64,000 bases of DNA from Zootoca vivipara (lineage: Eukaryota): the NCBI RefSeq assembly GCF_963506605.1, contig NC_083287.1:50406001-50470000 (forward strand). Direction: 5' to 3'. Position 1 is the stretch's first letter; each line of letters starts with the position of its first letter. Below the pieces are notes generated by a model. The model searched no databases, was not told the DNA's origin, and saw nothing but the letters and a program-made list of their open reading frames with translations. This document shows, in pieces, positions 62,344-64,000 of this stretch. The position numbers were made by a program, and so were the translations under genes.

Positions 62344-62721
62344 TGTCTAATATTTTTAAAGGAAGCAAAACCCTCTGGGGTAAAGAGCAAACCTGATGAA
62401 CTCACTCAATTTAAAAGTAAACTGGTCAAAAATAAACTGGAGAAACTAGCAATTACATAACTTCAGATGTTCTTTTATGTTCTTTGAAGGGAAGATTATT
62501 GGAAATGATTTCTGCAAGAGGTTGAATCAGATCCTGCAGTTTTATTCAAAACCTAATGGGCTTATCTGTCCTGAGCCCATTCACTGGTAGCAGATTCAGA
62601 ACAGAACGGGAAGGACTTCCGTCAGGCAGCTCATTATACCATTGTCTTTTGGAACTCCCATTTCAAAAGGCAGCAATTTAGACAAAACCATAGAATTGCA
62701 GATTGGTACAATGCAGGATAC

Positions 62722-63059
62722 GGGACGTGGATGGCGCTGTGGGTTAAACCACAGAGCCTAGGGCTTGCTGATCAGAAGGTCGGCGGCTTGAATCCCTGCG
62801 ATGGGGTGAGCTCCCGTTGCTCGGTCCCTGCTCCTGCAGTTCAAAAGCACGAAGTGCAAGTAGATAAATAGGTACCGCTCCGGCAGGAAGGTAAACGGTG
62901 TTTCTGTGTGCTGCTCTGGTTCACTAGAAGCGGCTTAGTCATGCTGGCCACATGACCCAGAAGCTGTACGCCGGCTCCCTCGGCCAGTAAAGCGAGATGA
63001 GCGCTGCAACCCCAGAGTCGTCTGCGACTGGACCTAACGGTCAGGGGTCCCTTTACCTT
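62722..63059 (+). mobile_element. Sauria (POM-type) SINE nested in a minus-strand CR1 3' end (~62689-63160)
   Basis: gggacg..tggcgctgtgggttaaacc tRNA-like head, gtagataaataggtacc core, (ACCTTT)-type tail; 12-bp TSD TACAATGCAGGA (62707-62718 and 63060-63071). Confidence 0.9.
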
Positions 63060-63500
63060 TACAATGCAGGAATCTTAACTAAAGCATCCATGACAGGTGG
63101 GCATCCAACCTCTGCTTAAAAACCTCCAATGAAGGAGAGTCCACTATCATGAAAGGGAGTCAAATGATTTCTTTCTGAATATTTGAGCCTTTGCTCATGG
63201 AACTCAAATAGATCAGTAAATTGCCTGGTATTAGGGGAAAGCATATAAGGAATACAATGATAAAAATAATAGGTAAACCACTCTCAGCTTCAGTTCTCTG
63301 CAATATGATGATAGTAATACGGATCTGCTTTACAGAGTTGTTGTAAAGTTGACTGAGATTAATGTATATGGAGGGTTTTGAGTGTTCAAAAACTGCTATA
63401 TAAATGTTAATTCCTATAATTATTAGCAGCAGTAGCATCACCTTTTCTATGTAGCATTTAAGTTTTTGAAGAATTTCCATGTATTGTTTTAACATTCTAG

Positions 63501-63739
63501 CATGAAGCTACTAAGATAATGCAAGATGCCATTATTGAATTTAATGGGACTTCAGAAGAAACCCGTGTCATGGTTGCTAATGTAGATTTGGCTCTCAGCA
63601 AAGGGGAAGTGGATTCAGCCCTAACTATGCTGAGGAATGTGACACCATGCCAGCCGTATTACACTGAGGTTAAGGAAAAAATGGCTCAGATATACCTTCA
63701 AGTCCGAAAGGATAAGAGACTGTATATTGGATGCTATTG
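63501..63739 (+). CDS. TTC21A: TTC21A exon 15
   Basis: tctag|CAT..TG|gtaatg; [20 protein letters not shown]...DKRLYIGCY. Confidence 0.93.
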
Positions 63740-64000
63740 GTAATGTTTCAAGTTAATTTTGCTTTTTGCAAGTATTCTTTTTCATATCTTGCTTGAGGGG
63801 CAGGAATGAATACAGAGCATTAGAGCAAGGCTTATTCAAGAGACTATCAGACTATAAGATTTTTCCTTCTCCAAGTACAGCACTGTGATGCAGACCCTCC
63901 AAGTGTCCCTATTTTCCAGAGATGTCCTGATTTAGAGAAGCCGTCCCAGTTTCTGATTTGATTCCGGAATGTACTTTTCCTTAGAACATCCCTATTTTCA

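Larger units (their letters stand above)
41768..63739 (+). other. TTC21A: TTC21A (IFT139A/THM2, IFT-A TPR protein) gene, 3'-partial; coding exons 1-15
   Basis: join(41768..41794,43079..43208,43550..43663,44193..44359,47595..47717,48594..48751,52070..52154,52536..52634,52930..53125,53824..53921,55419..55616,56583..56712,58035..58192,61251..61463,63501..63739) in frame; TPR protein matching TTC21A (YAQEKYF, PRLPGQ, RALNKAGEYPEAIK); head-to-head with GORASP1 as in mammals. Confidence 0.93.

Noticed and set aside
41768-63739. TTC21B instead of TTC21A
   Set aside because: Head-to-head linkage with GORASP1 and TTC21A-like peptides (PRLPGQ, RALNKAG) favour TTC21A.

Overview
Vertebrate genomic DNA from a squamate reptile, most likely a lacertid lizard (Sauria/POM-type SINE, RTE-BovB and squamate L1/CR1/L2 repeats). 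It contains the conserved WDR48-GORASP1-TTC21A block. WDR48/UAF1 (+) contributes its last 15 coding exons (74..22042; the 5' part lies upstream of the window). GORASP1/GRASP65 (-) is complete, with 9 coding exons (41318..26881, 422 aa). TTC21A/IFT139A (+) contributes its first 15 coding exons (41768..63739) and continues downstream. GORASP1 and TTC21A share a CpG-island bidirectional promoter; WDR48 and GORASP1 converge tail-to-tail. Introns are rich in transposons. The most notable observations are: (1) an antisense L1 inserted at an L1 endonuclease site inside WDR48 exon 17, flanked by a ~405-bp target-site duplication that regenerates the intact exon downstream and leaves a decoy splice acceptor upstream, which reads into an in-frame stop and tandem AATAAA (candidate isoform lacking the C-terminal SUMO-like domain, or poison exon); (2) Penelope-derived minimal hammerhead ribozyme motifs in TTC21A introns; (3) a non-autonomous Helitron with CpG-rich internal sequence. 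Exon numbers follow the human genes. All calls were made by eye, with no database searches.
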